A DNA stretch of 63,912 nucleotides, the filler included, from Nemertoderma westbladi (lineage: Eukaryota > Animalia > Xenacoelomorpha), in assembly GCA_032718475.1 (NCBI GenBank). It is 4 parts of 4 records of this genome, joined end to end, with 100 filler letters (N's around TTAATTAATTAA, not from the genome) between each part and the next. Parts side by side here need not be neighbours in the genome. Positions count along the whole stretch, not along the records: positions 37,306 to 56,355 come from JAUCBJ010001543.1; positions 56,456 to 63,912 come from JAUCBJ010001057.1; 2 more parts are not named here. One strand, written 5' to 3'. The stretch's first letter is position 1. Every line of letters begins with the position of its first letter. Below, piece after piece: positions 49,970 through 63,618 of the stretch. The notes under the pieces were generated by a model. It saw nothing but the letters and a program-made list of their open reading frames with translations, made no database searches and was not told where the DNA came from. The position numbers and the translations under genes are program-made.

Positions 49970-51330
49970 TACTACTACTAGGATCGGCATGTTGCATTGC
50001 AGCTCCATTTTTAAGAATGCTGTGCCGGCATATCGACAAAATTGCGCTGCCACAACTCCCTATCACCCATGACATTTGCTAGATCATCCGCATCTTTAAG
50101 GCCAGTGTCCTTTAAGATGCGTCTCAAGAAAGTCATGGGCTGTCCACCATGCTTATTCACTCCATGAGGCTGCCAAAGTACAAGATTATGCACTTGCTGG
50201 TCCTCACGGCGAAAGCAATGTCCTGCAAAGCGGAGGCGATTTTGTTCTAGTGTCAAGCTTGGGGGAACCAATGAGACACCTCCAATGTTATATAGTGTCT
50301 GGTTGGAGATGTGTGCATTGTACTTGACACAATGAACCCGGCGTAGCATTCTTGTGAATGTGCCATCCAGAGATTTGGTGTCCTCAGCAGTTAGAGCCCA
50401 GCATGGACTCCCATAAAGGAGTACTGGAACTACTGCTGCTCTAAATAATCGGACCTTAAGTTTCCGATTAATTCTCGGTGACTTCCAAATCCTGGGAAAG
50501 CCTATTCAAGACTGCCCATGCCTTTCCCTTACGTATTCGAAGGTCCTCACCTGACTTCCGGATCCATGATCCCAGGTAACAGAAGTCATCCACATGCTCA
50601 AGCATACCATCTTTTGAGCTTATGCTCATCCGATCAGAGACTTGCTGAGGACTTTCAAAGTTAACTGTCAAAATTTTGGTCTTTCTGGAGTTAATAAAAA
50701 GACCAATACTAGAAGCAGCATGTTCTATTGAGCCGAGGAGCCGTTGGGCTCCCTCTAGTGATTCTGAGAGTACTCCTAAGTCAACAACAAAGTCTAGATC
50801 AGTTAGGTACTTGGCAGGATTTCCTCGACTTCTGGAGCCAGTAGGTGGAGTTATCATCACCCCATCATCATTATGATGATCTAAGGACATGCGTAGAACA
50901 TAGTCAACAACAATTATGAACAAGAATGGTGCAAGTGTGTCTCCCTAGAGGACGCCCCATAACACTTCGAATGGTTCTTTGTCACCGTCAACAGTAGACA
51001 CAAATGTTGTCGAACCATCGTATACTGATCTGATTGCTGCAATAATTTCATTCATTTCTTAATGCTCTTTGCAGCAGCCTTCACTTCTGCAAAGGAGATA
51101 TCGCCAATGGGAATATCTGGGAGTACAGACTCAGACACTTTTACTTCTATAAAGTTATCAGGCAATACCCCGTCATTATTGATGGCTTTTCAAAGTGGGC
51201 CTTCCAACCATTGAGGCGATCGGCTGGTGATTCACCCTTAACCTTGGTGGTTGGTTGGCTTTTCCGCCCAGTAAGCAAGTTGATCGATATCCATGCCTGG
51301 GATGATTGCATGCTGTCGTCAGCATCATTG
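49970..51330 (-). mobile_element. RTE LINE family A, 5'-truncated with internal deletions
   Basis: GVL.GDTLAPFLFIIVVDY, LTDLDFVVDL (decayed YADD-type motif), FCYLGSWI, RLRFAGH; (TAG)n tail at 49970. Confidence 0.92.
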
Positions 51331-51487
51331 ATGGCATATTATGGCATATTTTTACATTTTCTACAGTTAATTTACTTTAAAGCGATTAAAAACGATTTAC
51401 TTTGCTATTCCGGGCATTTACGTCTAAAACGTCTTCACTACTATGTGAATTATTATCGTATAGTTTACCATATTTTTGTATCTTCAG

Positions 51488-51660
51488 GTTCAATAACTAT
51501 ATGTCAAGGACATGATCATGATAAAGACCATTGTGAGAGAGCGTGCACATTTGATTACACACCTGTTTGCGGTACAGACGGGCAGACTTATGCGAACCAG
51601 TGTGCAATGGACGTTGCTGCTTGTAACAAAATTTCTCCATATCCAGCTATTCTAACAAAG
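51488..51660 (+). CDS. Exon encoding a Kazal-type protease inhibitor domain
   Basis: CTTCAG acceptor and AAG|GTGGGT donor, phase 1-0; CERACTFDYTPVCGTDGQTYANQCAMDVAAC. Confidence 0.88.
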
Positions 51661-51699
51661 GTGGGTCTATTTATTACTCAAAGGTATAGATAGGTTCAT

Positions 51700-52015
51700 G
51701 TAATGTAGGTACATGTAGGTAGGTGCACCTTCTGTAGATACACTTAGGTGCACCTAATGTAGGTACACTTAGGTGCACCTAATGTAGGTACACTTATAGG
51801 TGCACCTAATGTAGGTACATTTAGGTGCACCTAATGTAGGTACATTTAGGTGCACAAAATGTAGGTAAACTTATAGGTGCACCTAATGTAGGTACACTTA
51901 GTTAGGTGCACCTAATGTAGGTACACTTAGGAGCACCTAATATAGGTACACTTATAGATGCACCTAATGTAGGTACACTTAGGTGCATCTAATGCAGATA
52001 CACTTAGGTGAACCT
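51700..52015. repeat. 25-29 bp tandem repeat, about 11 copies
   Basis: Unit AGGTGCACCTAATGTAGGTACACTT. Confidence 0.9.
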
Positions 52016-52084
52016 ACACATTTTTGCATACTTGTACTCTTCGTCCTGGGGCACCAAATCGCGCCTTAAACTGATGTTTCGGTT

Positions 52085-55000
52085 GATTAGGTTGATGTTT
52101 AGGGCTGCCCTTAGTAGTCTTGTGTAGCAACCAGCAATTCGTTGTTCAAGTGATTTAGTCAGTGTCCAGGTCTCACCCCCGTATAAAAATACACTTTCCA
52201 CTATGGTTCGAAAGAACTTAGTCTTCAGGTGCCTGGAGAGATCTGATTTCCAGATGGTATCCACTTTTAATAGAGCTACCCAAGCCTTTGCTTTCCTAAC
52301 TTATATTTCCTTTTTGCTACTCTCTATCCATGATCCAAGGTACTGGAAGTCGTTGACCTTCCTTTGTTGATTATTATCAATGGTTGTCAAGTTTCCATCA
52401 ACATTAAAGGTCATGAATTCGGTCATGGTAGCATTTATATGCAATCCAACCTCCTTAGTAGCCCTCTCCACTTTATTTAGTAGAAGCTGTGAATCTGCTA
52501 GTGTATTAGAGAGCAGAGTGACTGTAGTTGCCGGATATCTACTACTTCTGCGTTCTTGAAGTGTGAATCCCAGATCTTCAACCTTTGTGGCCGTCCTCAT
52601 TGCGTAATCCAGCACAATTACAAATAGTAATGGTGCTAAAGTGTCACCTTGCAGTACGCCAGCCAGGATTGAGAACAACTCAGTTTCACCATCTGGTGAG
52701 AGTACCTGCGCTTCTGTGTCACAATATAACAATCCAATGCCAGCAACAATTACTTCTGGTATTCCATAAGCTCTTAGGATTTCAAGCATTTTACCTCCAT
52801 TGGTTGAGTCGAATGCCTTCTTGAAGTCCACAAAAGTCATGACTGCGGGGAGATTCTTTGACTTAATTCCTTCAATCAGTCTCCGTAGTGCAATTATCTG
52901 AGCTATTGTTGATCTACTTGGTCGAAATCCGTTTTGGCTCTTACGCAGTAGTTTCTCTATGTGAGGCCTAATCCTATATAGAATCATTTTATTGTATATT
53001 TTGGCAGCTACCACAAGCAGATAGATCCCACGATAGTTTGTTGGTATGCCGAGGTCTCCTTTCTTGGGGAGAGGCTTTAGTTGACCTTTCGTCCAAATTG
53101 GTGGTGGCTTTTCCCCTTTTAACATCCGGTTGCAAACATTCAATAATGGTCTGTTTAGCAATCCGATTTTCCATACCTCCGCTGGGATTTCATCTAATCC
53201 ACTCGCTTTATTATTGGACATGCTTTTAAGGCTTCTTTGGAGTTCGGCAGGTGTGAAGTTCCCTGTTTCTATAGGTAGTGTCTTGTCATATATTTTCCTT
53301 GTAGGGCTGACCTCGATATTTGGTGGCTGCCCAAGCAAGTTGCTGAAGTGATTTTTCCACTTCCCAACACGTTCTTCAGGACTATTGGCTTTGAGGCGCC
53401 CCTTTGCACAACTTTACCGACCAGATAACTCATTTACAGTTTGCCAGGTACGTGTTGATTGTTGCTGTATGCGAGCAGTTGTAATTGCTTCAATTTTACC
53501 CTGTATGTACTTTTCCTGGCTGAGGTTGTAGGCGAATTTAAGATCGTCCTTAGCTTTCTCAACCTTGTTAATGTTTTCGGTTGTTGGTTATTCGGTTTTA
53601 ACTTTGTCGGCTATCTTTAAGATCTTCTCTCTTACAACTAACCTCAGAGTTTTGCCATGGCACATACTGTTTTCGTTTGGGTTTCTGGGGGATATGCCTC
53701 TTAGCTGATTCCTTGTGGGCTGTTATTATATTCTGGTATATTGAATCGGTGGACTGGTCTTCATCCATTGACTGAAGTGCTTCAAAGCGGTTTTGAACTT
53801 CTACTGTGTAAGCATCCTTTACAGCATCGTCAGTTCTGAGTTTCTCCCAGTCATAGTTGATTTGCTTGCTTGTCCTGGGTTTGCTGGCTCTTAAACTGAG
53901 TCTGATCTCTGCAGTCACAATTCTGTGGTTCGAACCAATTAGGTTGAACGAGCTGTATGCCTCGCAGTTGATCATGCTGTTTCTCCACTTTTTGTTTATA
54001 AGGATGTAATCCAGTTGTGCTTTGGTTCCATTAGGGTATTGAAAGGTCCATAGCTTCCCTTTACTCTTTTCGAATGTGTTGTTTGTTGGTATCAATTCAC
54101 ATTCTTCCATTAGGTCTAAAAGTAAGTACCCATTTCTGTTAGAACTGGTGTTATAGATGTAACCCTTGATGTCTTCTGGGTCAATTTGCGCATTCAGGTC
54201 ACCAGCAATGACTTTAACATTGTGTTTCGGAATGTCCTTTATAAGTACAGTCAGATCTTCATAAAACTTGACTGCTTGTTCTGGCTCTGAGGCTGGTTGG
54301 ACTGTAGCAACATATAACTGTTGCCTTGGGATTCCCATCAAATGTTGCAATCATAACCCTGGAATTTATAGATTCGATGTTGTTTAGGGTCTTAAGTGTA
54401 AATGGGATTAGCAGAATTCCTACTCCACCAATTGATGCATTGGCCGAGTTTCATACTGCTGAGCTTGTTACTAACGTCCATCCATTTCCAATGTCATTGT
54501 ACTTCATGGCCGTGTCTTCATGACAAATCCGATGTTCTTGGATGCAGATGATATCGATGTTATATTCCATTGCCAGAGCGACCATGTCACCCTGTTTGGT
54601 ATGTGGTTTCAGTGTGCGTTCGTTCATTGTAGCAATCTTTAGTGTCTTTTTACATTTCAACAGGTTGGTTCTTCTCTGTTGGTTGGCTCTGTATTCTGTT
54701 CCAGTAGCCAATTTATCGACCCCAGCCTGGTGTACCACTGAGGGACACGGTCCTTGTTGACCCGGGCGACGACTGAGCCGGTAATTCTCCTGGAGGTTTC
54801 TCATACTCATATCTTTCAGTTGCGAGAGATACCACTTGTGGTCGCAACTCCTACAAGCGTCTTCACAGTAGGTTGCTGTTGGTTGATTACCTTCCGCCGA
54901 CCTTGTCAGCATGTCTAGCCGTTGGTTGATTACCTTCCGCCTATACATGGCCTACAGCCCTGCTGCCTACTGTAGGGGTCCTTTTGTTACACCTTGAACC
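52085..55000 (-). mobile_element. Near-complete but inactivated RTE-type LINE (family B): AP endonuclease plus RT
   Basis: APE motifs KIATMN.RTL, CIQEHR, GDLNAQ, LDYILIN, S(D/N)HRIV; RT motifs NYRGI.L, QNGFR, VDFKKAFDS, GVLQGDTLAP, YLGSWI. The YADD segment is deleted; there are several frameshifts and stops, and the 3' end is missing. Confidence 0.93.
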
Positions 55001-56355
55001 AAGTGTGCCTCCTGGGTTAGGTTACCTAACACTGGTAGAGGAGCATCCAGTATAGACAGAGCGGGCATATATCATCTCTATAGGCACTATAGCCCTCAAT
55101 GACTTATTTAGTTGACGGGGCTAAAACCAACCCACTCTTGATCAACTAAATAATGAATATGCTATGCTTATCGGGTCTGCCCTACTGGGCTGACAGCTAC
55201 AGGTAGTACCACATTACAGCCATAGTGGTAGCAGGATTTGGGGACCTGACCTGACTCAAACTCAATTCTATAAGTAAATCCCTGTAATTATTGAATAAAA
55301 TTGTCGCCAAATTAAATATTCATTTCTTATCAGATCAAGCCTAGCCTAAGCCGACAATTAATAATTTAACATACTGTAGTAGTTTAGGCCTATCTTAAGC
55401 GTGGTTAGCACCTGGACCGACCCTACCGGTACCTGCCAGGGTAGATACCTGACCTGAACCCAGCTCTTTATATTCCAGTGCAGCAGTAGGCTTGTAGGCA
55501 GGTAGGCCTAGGTACCGGTACCTATGTTGTACCGTACGGTAATGGGACTAACTTCCTAATTCATATCATCAGCAATCAATCCCAGACCAAGCTACAGTAT
55601 TCCCGTACACAGGCAAACAGGCCTATTGGCTGTACGCGCTTTTGAAGACCTTTAGCAGTTTAACCTGCCAAAATTTATCTGTCTTTTGGTTTATAAATAT
55701 ACTTTAGAAGAAGACAAATATTTTATACCAATAAACACAACATTAGCAGAAGCCAGCCTAGTGCGCGTCCATTCACCCGCTGGATAATCCCGGGAGACTG
55801 GATTCTGTCGGCTTAAATTATTATTGCAGTGAAGCTTACGGTATTGTATTATTCGATTGATCGTTAATAATTAATTTCTGACTAATATTATTTACTTTCG
55901 GGAAATATTAACAGTTCCTTTAGGACGTGGCGCTCTATCTAGGTAAACAGAGATATGACTTATACTAATCACAACGGTAAGTCGGTAAGGCTTAAGATTC
56001 ACGTATGAGGCGCATTCTTTAGGAAATGCTTAGTTATCAATCACAATCATGCACACTACCGGTAACACACAATACTGCTCACTAATTTGCCGACCGTCAA
56101 TGAATTTTATCATATATAAAGGGAATAGCAACGGACCAATGTAGTGCTTATCAAATAGCATTAAATTCACTACAAACCACAACGATATAAGTCGCAATCG
56201 CTATATATAACCCGTCTCTCTAACCTGTAGTGTATCAAGAAAATTGGGAAATTTGGGTTCTTTATATATGTTCTCCAAATAATATTCAACCAAACACAAC
56301 AGTAAATAGCAGTATAATAATGTATGTTGAACAGTAATAACAACAAAGTATTGAA

Positions 56356-56455
56356 NNNNNNNNNNNNNNNNNNNNNNNNNNNNNNNNNNNNNNNNNNNNT
56401 TAATTAATTAANNNNNNNNNNNNNNNNNNNNNNNNNNNNNNNNNNNNNNNNNNNN
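56356..56455. other. Artificial contig linker
   Basis: N-run with a central TTAATTAATTAA. Confidence 0.97.
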
Positions 56456-56719
56456 CACTAACATTGGGGATATTGAATTATTTGTTAAAGCTACAGAAAG
56501 GTTTAACCAGTGTAATGAGAGATGTAACAGGTACAAATATTAGAAACTACAATTATATTACACTTCCGAAACAATAATATTCGGTTTATTGGGACATTTT
56601 GAAAAAGTAATAAATCCCTTTTACATCACGAAGGCTGAAAATATTTGTCCAGCTTATTCATTTCTATAAAAATAGAAAAAATATATCATTTGATTGCAGG
56701 CTTTAATATAAAATCACAA

Positions 56720-57890
56720 ACCTTTCTCTAATATATCTTCAATAATGTTGTATCCTTGCTTCATGACCATCATTATAACGTACATATACTCGACCATCTA
56801 AAAAATAATGTATAAGTACTAGTCTTACTGTTAAATATTATAATTAATATAATATAATAATATACTATTATGATTACATATTATGATGTGTGCATACAGA
56901 TACTGCAGTACCCGGTACAGATTGACAATGATTACTAATGATTTACTTACTAACCTTCATTAATTTGTAAAACCTCGGCTTGATAATTTTTTAAGTCTTG
57001 CCACTTGCATAAGTACTTCCTTCCCACCGCCATCTTGTAATTAGTTCTTAACGAGAATGGGTCTTAATTCTTTCTAAAAATATAATTTAATATCATTTTT
57101 ACCTATAAAGACAACCAACAAACAATAATTCAGTACCAAGAATTCGAAGGTTTATCAGGGATAGCCAAACTGAATCTGTATCAGAAAAATATTCCTGAAT
57201 ACTGCTGCTTTCATTTTCGGGTTGTACTGGTAATCTAGCAACATCCTTCTGAATAGCCCTATTGTGGCAAATTGTACCTCGATCTTTGTAAAATGGGCCA
57301 GCAATTGGGTTAGGGAGTGCAGGATGATGATTCATAATCTTGTTATATAATCTACGTGAAGCATTGCTATTAGTTTAATCGCAAGAGGAAACCTGAGGCG
57401 GACCTTTTTGTGCATAGCTCCTAAAGTGAGTGCGTTTCTTGGAATTTAAATTACTATTACAATAAACTTTCTCACAGCAGCAATTACAATTAACTCACGG
57501 CAGAGATTACAATTAATACTACGAAATGAATGATAACTATGAAATGAATATACTTTCACCATTTGTTTGATTTTCAGCATTAATGAACACCTTTTCAGCT
57601 TATGGATTATTCTCATTTTCACGACGTCGCTTTCTTGTAACATATGGTGTTGACATTGACGAACATGATGATGCATAATATTTAATATCATCCGGTATAT
57701 ATTCTATATGACGATCATCATCTACTTCATCATCTGTACTGCTGTCATTAATAACTGATGATGATGTATATGCATAGCTTTTACTCTGTCCAGTTTGGCA
57801 TTCAATATACTAGACCCAGGAGATTTCTTTCACAGCCAATTTATTTTTTTAATTTATGTATGTGTTGATAGCTGTTTCCATTCGCATTTT
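56720..57890 (-). pseudogene. Degraded multi-exon gene ending in a Tudor-like barrel
   Basis: Joining 57033-56955 to 56797 onward (phase 1, GT-AG) gives MAVGRKYLCKWQDLKNYQAEVLQINEDGRVYVRYNDGHEA. The upstream coding-like sequence has stops. Confidence 0.35.
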
Positions 57891-59479
57891 CCTAAATTAC
57901 CTTTGAACATTGTAAAACTGTTCATCAAATAATTATTTTCTATACTTTTCTGGAGTAAGTATATCGAACAGCTCATTTGAAATTCCCCTTACTTCACTTC
58001 GTTTCTTATGAGTTTTTAACTTCCGAATATCCAAAACTAAAGCATCTATCAGTTTCACAACAAGACGTCAGGACTTAAAGACAGCAATCAGCTGCATTCC
58101 AGATTGATATTACCTCAGTAGCAACATCATTTAGACCCGCAGTTTGGGAATAGCCATTAGATACTGTAAGTTCACTGTATCTATCTAAGAACATCTGACT
58201 GTTGGCAACACAGATTTGCCAAGATTGGGCATCATTAATTTCACATTAGTATCAAGTTTCAGTAACGGTATATATAGGAGCCTATATAGTTGCAATTAAA
58301 ATGGCAGCCTATAAATCCATACACTAGGCTACTGCCTGACTGTGCTGTTGTCCATATACCACTGGCAACTTAACTTTAACACCACTTCACAATAATCTCA
58401 ATCAAATTACACTGTTAGTAATGGCAATTAACAAACCTTTATCCAGTACAGAATGGCCTGTGACTAACTATACCATACCACAGCCAAAACACTACCAGTC
58501 CAGTAGGCCTAGTTGCAAGTATGAAGACCTTAAAAATAAGTCCCAAGTGGTAGGTAATCACACTAGCAAAACTACACAGTTGCATGTAAATTCACTATGT
58601 AGTCACCAGGAATGTGACATTTTTGATGATTTATTAATTTTTCCTTCATCTTTACATTTTTTGTATGTGTGAGCTTCGATTTAAGTGGTAGCGTAGCTGT
58701 TACAATTCTCGACCATAACCTATTTTTGATGGTGTTGCCCCCCCCCCCCCCCCCCCCCTTATTGAATAAGATTTTTGGCTTGCTTGAGATGCTACTGCCA
58801 AATGCTTTCATTATGGGCTGGGGTTGACCCAGTAGGCCTCCATCCATATCCATCATACTGCAGTGTGATTCTACAGGCCTACACGTTCGTGGGGCCATCG
58901 TGCAGGATGGGGCTCAGTTATCAGATACAGATTAAAAATGAGCAATTCTATCCCAAAATCGGTAATAAATAATTTAGAAATTTAACCAAACCACCAATAA
59001 GAATAAATCAAAGAAGAGAGGAAAGTTCCCCCCTCGCTTCAACTGCCCTCTTAATCTACACCACTCCAACCGCAAAGGAGCACAGAGGATTAATGAAAGG
59101 CAGAGGTATTAACAGGAAATTTGCGTTTTAAAAGTAATATATATTTAACTTAATTAAAAAAAAAAAAAGTTCTGGAATTTCTGAGTAAGAGAGGGTGACT
59201 AAATTTTCTGAGTTAATTTAATTTAAGCTTAGCTAGCCTTCAGGGAAATATTAACTCCACTGGCTTTAGCTATACTGATTAAAATAAAATATATTACATT
59301 CTAATATATCGTATTACATATATTCCATTTATTTTACAAACTCTAAATGAGAGTAAATTTGTATGCAATATAAATAATGATTTGAAAATGCTGAAATACT
59401 GAAACCGAGGTGTTGTATACAAGTGGTCAAGACGTGAGAATTTCCTAGCTAACACGAGGGTCAAAAATTACAAAGGAAA

Positions 59480-61595
59480 CATTGCATGCAAATCATATTA
59501 CTCATAAACTCATAATTTCTAACAATAACGTTATCAGTTTGTCCTTTATGGATAATCCCATAGTCGCTCAAAACAGCAGATGAGAGTGCAGACGCAGCAC
59601 GGCTAGAAATATTGTATCTGTCGCAAGCCATTGCAACATTAGGCAACTTAATCATTAAACGCTGCGGAGTTCCTCCTTCTGGACAATAATCGGAATCCTC
59701 ATTAGAAGAGTCTGGATCATCATTATTTATTATTATTGGTAAATCAGTACAATTGCCTAGGGCCAGAGCTTGAAGGTTTTAGATGTTGCCTTTCCAAAGT
59801 GACTTTTCTCTCGTACCGTTTCTGGTTCGCCTTTGTAGCTGTTACATCTACAGAACCGATATACATAGCTCTATGAGAGCGTTGGTCAAGGATGAACTCG
59901 AGTTCTTTTACTGGAATTTTATGAATTTTTTGGCACTTACAGCTATTACCTGGATCTTTACATTTGCAGCTGCATATGTCAAAGAGACTCTCAGAATGTT
60001 TCTCAAAAACTGCAAGCTTTTCTCTATATGATGATTTCTCAAACGACTCTCTGTAATGTTTCATCAAGGTTTGATATTTCCCATAGTAGGATTTAATCAG
60101 CTGAACTACACCTGATACTGAAACAGTTGGTATGGATGCAGTTGCCCATATTGAAAGGACCTTATCGGCAACAGTTTGAGAACATTCACCAATTCCTGGG
60201 TCTTTAGAATTTCGCAGCAACTTAAGTTCATCTTTGACCAATAAAAAGTATTTCATCACATTTTTGTGTGTCGGTAATTCTTTGGCTTTCAAATATTCAG
60301 GACGGCCGAATATGGGACGCTCAACAGTTATTGACCTCAATTCCATAATATTGATATCAAATTATAAATCACCATTAATTCACCAATAAGAGAATGTACT
60401 GTAAGAGCAGCAACATTCAATAGATCGGTAATCACCTGAGTGAATGTCCAATGTATGACAGTTGACTGGCCTAACTAAATTGCAAATTAATGCATTTTAA
60501 ATTTCCCACTATTACCGGTAATTACAATTTGAATTATGTATTTGTGTAGTAAATAGAATGTACTGTAAGAGCAGCAACATTCAATAGATCGGTAATCACC
60601 TGAGTGAATGTCCAATGTATGACAGTTGACTGGCCTAACTAAATTGCAAATTTATGCATTTTAAATTTCCCGCTATTACCGGTAATTACAATTTGAATTG
60701 TGTATTTGTGTAGTAAATAGAATGTACTGTAAGAGCAGCAACATTCAATAGATCGGTAATCACCTGAGTGAATGTCCAATGTATGACAGTTGACTGGCCT
60801 AACTAAATTGCAAATTTATGCATTTTAAATTTCCGCTATTACCGGTAATTACAATTTGAATTGTGTATTTGTGTAGTAAATAGAATGTACTGTAAGAGCA
60901 GCAACATTCAATAGATCGGTTATCACCTGAGTGAATGTCCAATGTATGACAGTTGACTGGCCTAACTAAATTGCAAATTTATGCATTTTTAATTTCCCGC
61001 TATTACCGGTAATTACAATTTGAATTGTGTATTTGTGTAGTAAATAGAGTGTACCACAATTAAACAGATAAGTCAATCGCTTCCTAGCTAAACTAAATAG
61101 ATTTTAATCTATGAAATAATTGACATTTTGCTAAACATTGACAGCATTGTGGGAAGCTCATAGACACTCACTGTTTGTCCAAATTTATTGTTACTATTTA
61201 TTTTGTGTTTCAGCAACACGTTTAAAACGGCTATTATATTATTACAAGAAATAAAATTTAAAGTGAATTTTTTCGAAATTTTGGAATTTTTCTAAATTTG
61301 AAGGAGCTGGGGGAACCTAAAGAAGAAATTTTTTTTTTAATTTCTTTTGTACTAGAGTCTTATTTCATTGGTCCACAACTTTTTTTCACTATTAGAAGTC
61401 GGAAAATTTAATTTTTTAACATTGTGATTTTTTTCGAAATTTTGGAAATTTTTGAAATTTGAAGGAGCTGGGGGAACCTAAAGATGAAATTATTTTTTTA
61501 ATTTTTTTGTACTAGAGTCTTATTTCATTGGTCCACAACTTTTTTTCACTATTAGAAGTCGGAATTCGAAAAAAAGTCAAATAAGGCCCACCCTA
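59480..61595 (-). mobile_element. 5' half of a hAT-superfamily (probably hATm / cc8K15.2-like) DNA transposon
   Basis: Terminus TAGGGTGGGCC at 61595 (minus strand). Transposase N-terminus 60346-59480 has LPT..V, IWATASIP, LFDICSCKC..C.C..KIP..E..FILDQR..R.MYIGSVD and ACDRYNISSRAA. The catalytic core is missing. Confidence 0.7.
60390..61050. repeat. ~164-bp tandem repeat, 4 copies, inside the hAT-like element upstream of the transposase
   Basis: AGAATGTACTGTAAGAGCAGCAACATTC recurs at about 60390, 60555, 60719 and 60882. A separate ~165-bp duplication lies at 61267-61565. Confidence 0.92.
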
Positions 61596-62370
61596 GCGTG
61601 CACCTTCCATGATCCTTCCGGGTCCCTAATCTCCGCATGGCGTTCCCCGTCATAGGGTACTATCGTTAACATCAACGGTCTGTCGACGAGACTTCCCAAG
61701 TGGATACGATAAATATCTCGAAAGACACTGAATCCCGCATGCGTGAAAGCATCACAGTATTCGTCGGTGTTGTAGAATGGGTGAAGGAACCGACGAAATA
61801 CGTTCGTATGCATCCTCCCTCCTTCGTAAACTGTATGCCCCTCTCCGAGACATAATGGGTGTCGCTTTAGAGTTCTGGACACTATATCGGCGATGAAACA
61901 TACGTTACCCGATGACTCTATAGACAAGTAGTATTGTAGGATTATCCGCGGTGGTGAGGTAATCGCCCAGTATACGCACCCTCTCCACTTTAACTGCGAT
62001 TCGAACTCGTTAACGTTAGGGGTATCACCTTCTCCATATATGTCTGTATATTTGCTCCTCTTAGTCCTCAGAGTATTATATTCTCGGAAGTATCCTTGCT
62101 CTATCACCCAGAGCAACAGTTGTCTAGTATCCACGTACGGCGTAGGTAATCTGTCTTCCTCCTCGGGCATCCCAGCGAAATCGCTGATGAGATCATCCTG
62201 CACTCCGGATCTGATCTCCACGATGCTCTTGTCTAATACAATGTCGCGTACCACCTTTGGTAACATCCTAGCCTCTATATTACAAGCTCGGTCCATGGAC
62301 TTGACTGTCCGCTTTATCATGGCGTGTCATCGGGTCATTTCTTCCAGCATCGGCATCTTGCGATGGGAAT
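61596..62370 (-). pseudogene. Intronless ORF fragment with a divergent DEDDy exonuclease ExoII-like segment, cut by the hAT-like terminus
   Basis: MLPKVVRDIVLDKSIVEIRSGVQDDL...PTPYVDTRQLL resembles LPKAVQVLVREKSTTKVGSAIRDD of the BEL accessory ORF. The final codons come from the transposon TIR. Confidence 0.5.
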
Positions 62371-63303
62371 AAATAATAAACTAAACACACGGTAATATAT
62401 ACGGTTAAAAAACACCCACCATAAACATCCATCTATAAATTTGTTGTGGTTTTGTCCACAAAGTACACACCAGTATATTGTATGTTAAAAAAACACTGTT
62501 TGCAGGAAATGTATCTTCTACAATTTTAAACAAAATAAAGCGAAATTTTGCAGAAAGCATGTCCAATAGATGCACTGTATGGGATGTCGGCAGAATTTTA
62601 ATTGAGTGAATTCTACAATTATGATCCGTCAGTCTTGAATTAATTTCACTGTTGCTAGGCAACCAACAGGTCCCTTGCAACCAAAACCTTGCATACACAA
62701 CTAGGTCCGATAATTTCATCCAATTCCATCAACATTTATAAGTGCTAGACTTTGTGTGTAGAAACGCACAAACAAACAAACAAACACATGTGAGAAATAA
62801 GGATATCCAACTTGGATCCGTCCAATTACAAACTCTAACCAGTGTCCTATATTTACTTATATACATAAAGCTATTTATATAAATTTCCACAGCTGTTCCT
62901 AAGCCAAAACAATGTAACTCACATGAGATACATGGTGTACTCTTATAGTTACATGGTGTGTCATTATCACATTAGATTGGTTACATGGATCTGCCTTGGC
63001 ATGCCTTAACAAATTCATATAATGCAGTTACATTCTACCCCCTTATAAACCACTTTAGAATTTAGGTGCACTCTATTAAGTTCTACCACCAAATAGAACT
63101 CGCCGTAAGCTTTAAAATGATACTCAAACTTAAATTTCTTAATTTCGTTCGAATTCGAGTTACATGGGTTTGCCTTAGGACGGCAGAATTTTAAGTAGTA
63201 CACAGTCGTTGGTCACAACTTACTTTAAACTTTCGGAAATTGTAAGTTAAATATAAAATTTATATTGCTTAATGTTTATTTTAAAACTTATTGATTCATA
63301 TAG

Positions 63304-63618
63304 GCGTAGTCGGGATCTTTCGTGGCAAATGTGGTCCTCATCCGTAAACACATTAACGAGGAACTACTACATTATGGAAACCGCGGGTGGAACGTCTTCA
63401 GTTGGGCGAAGTCTGCGGTAACCACTGATGAATACAGCACATCTGTTTCACCAGCGCGGGTCCACGTCTGCAGCGTCAGACCTGTAGACCACCACTTCGT
63501 ATTTGAGAAGTTTATTGCGCCAGTGGTTGTTCCAGATTTCGTCCCTCCCACGGTTGAAGGTCCTCCTCCTGCTGGCGGGGGTGACGCCCAACCTGAAGGT
63601 CCCCCTCCTGCTGACTAG
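63304..63618 (+). CDS. Possible terminal exon of an unknown protein with a Pro-rich duplicated tail
   Basis: GC-richer open frame after a CATATAG acceptor-like site; ends EGPPPAGGGDAQPEGPPPAD-stop. Confidence 0.3.
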
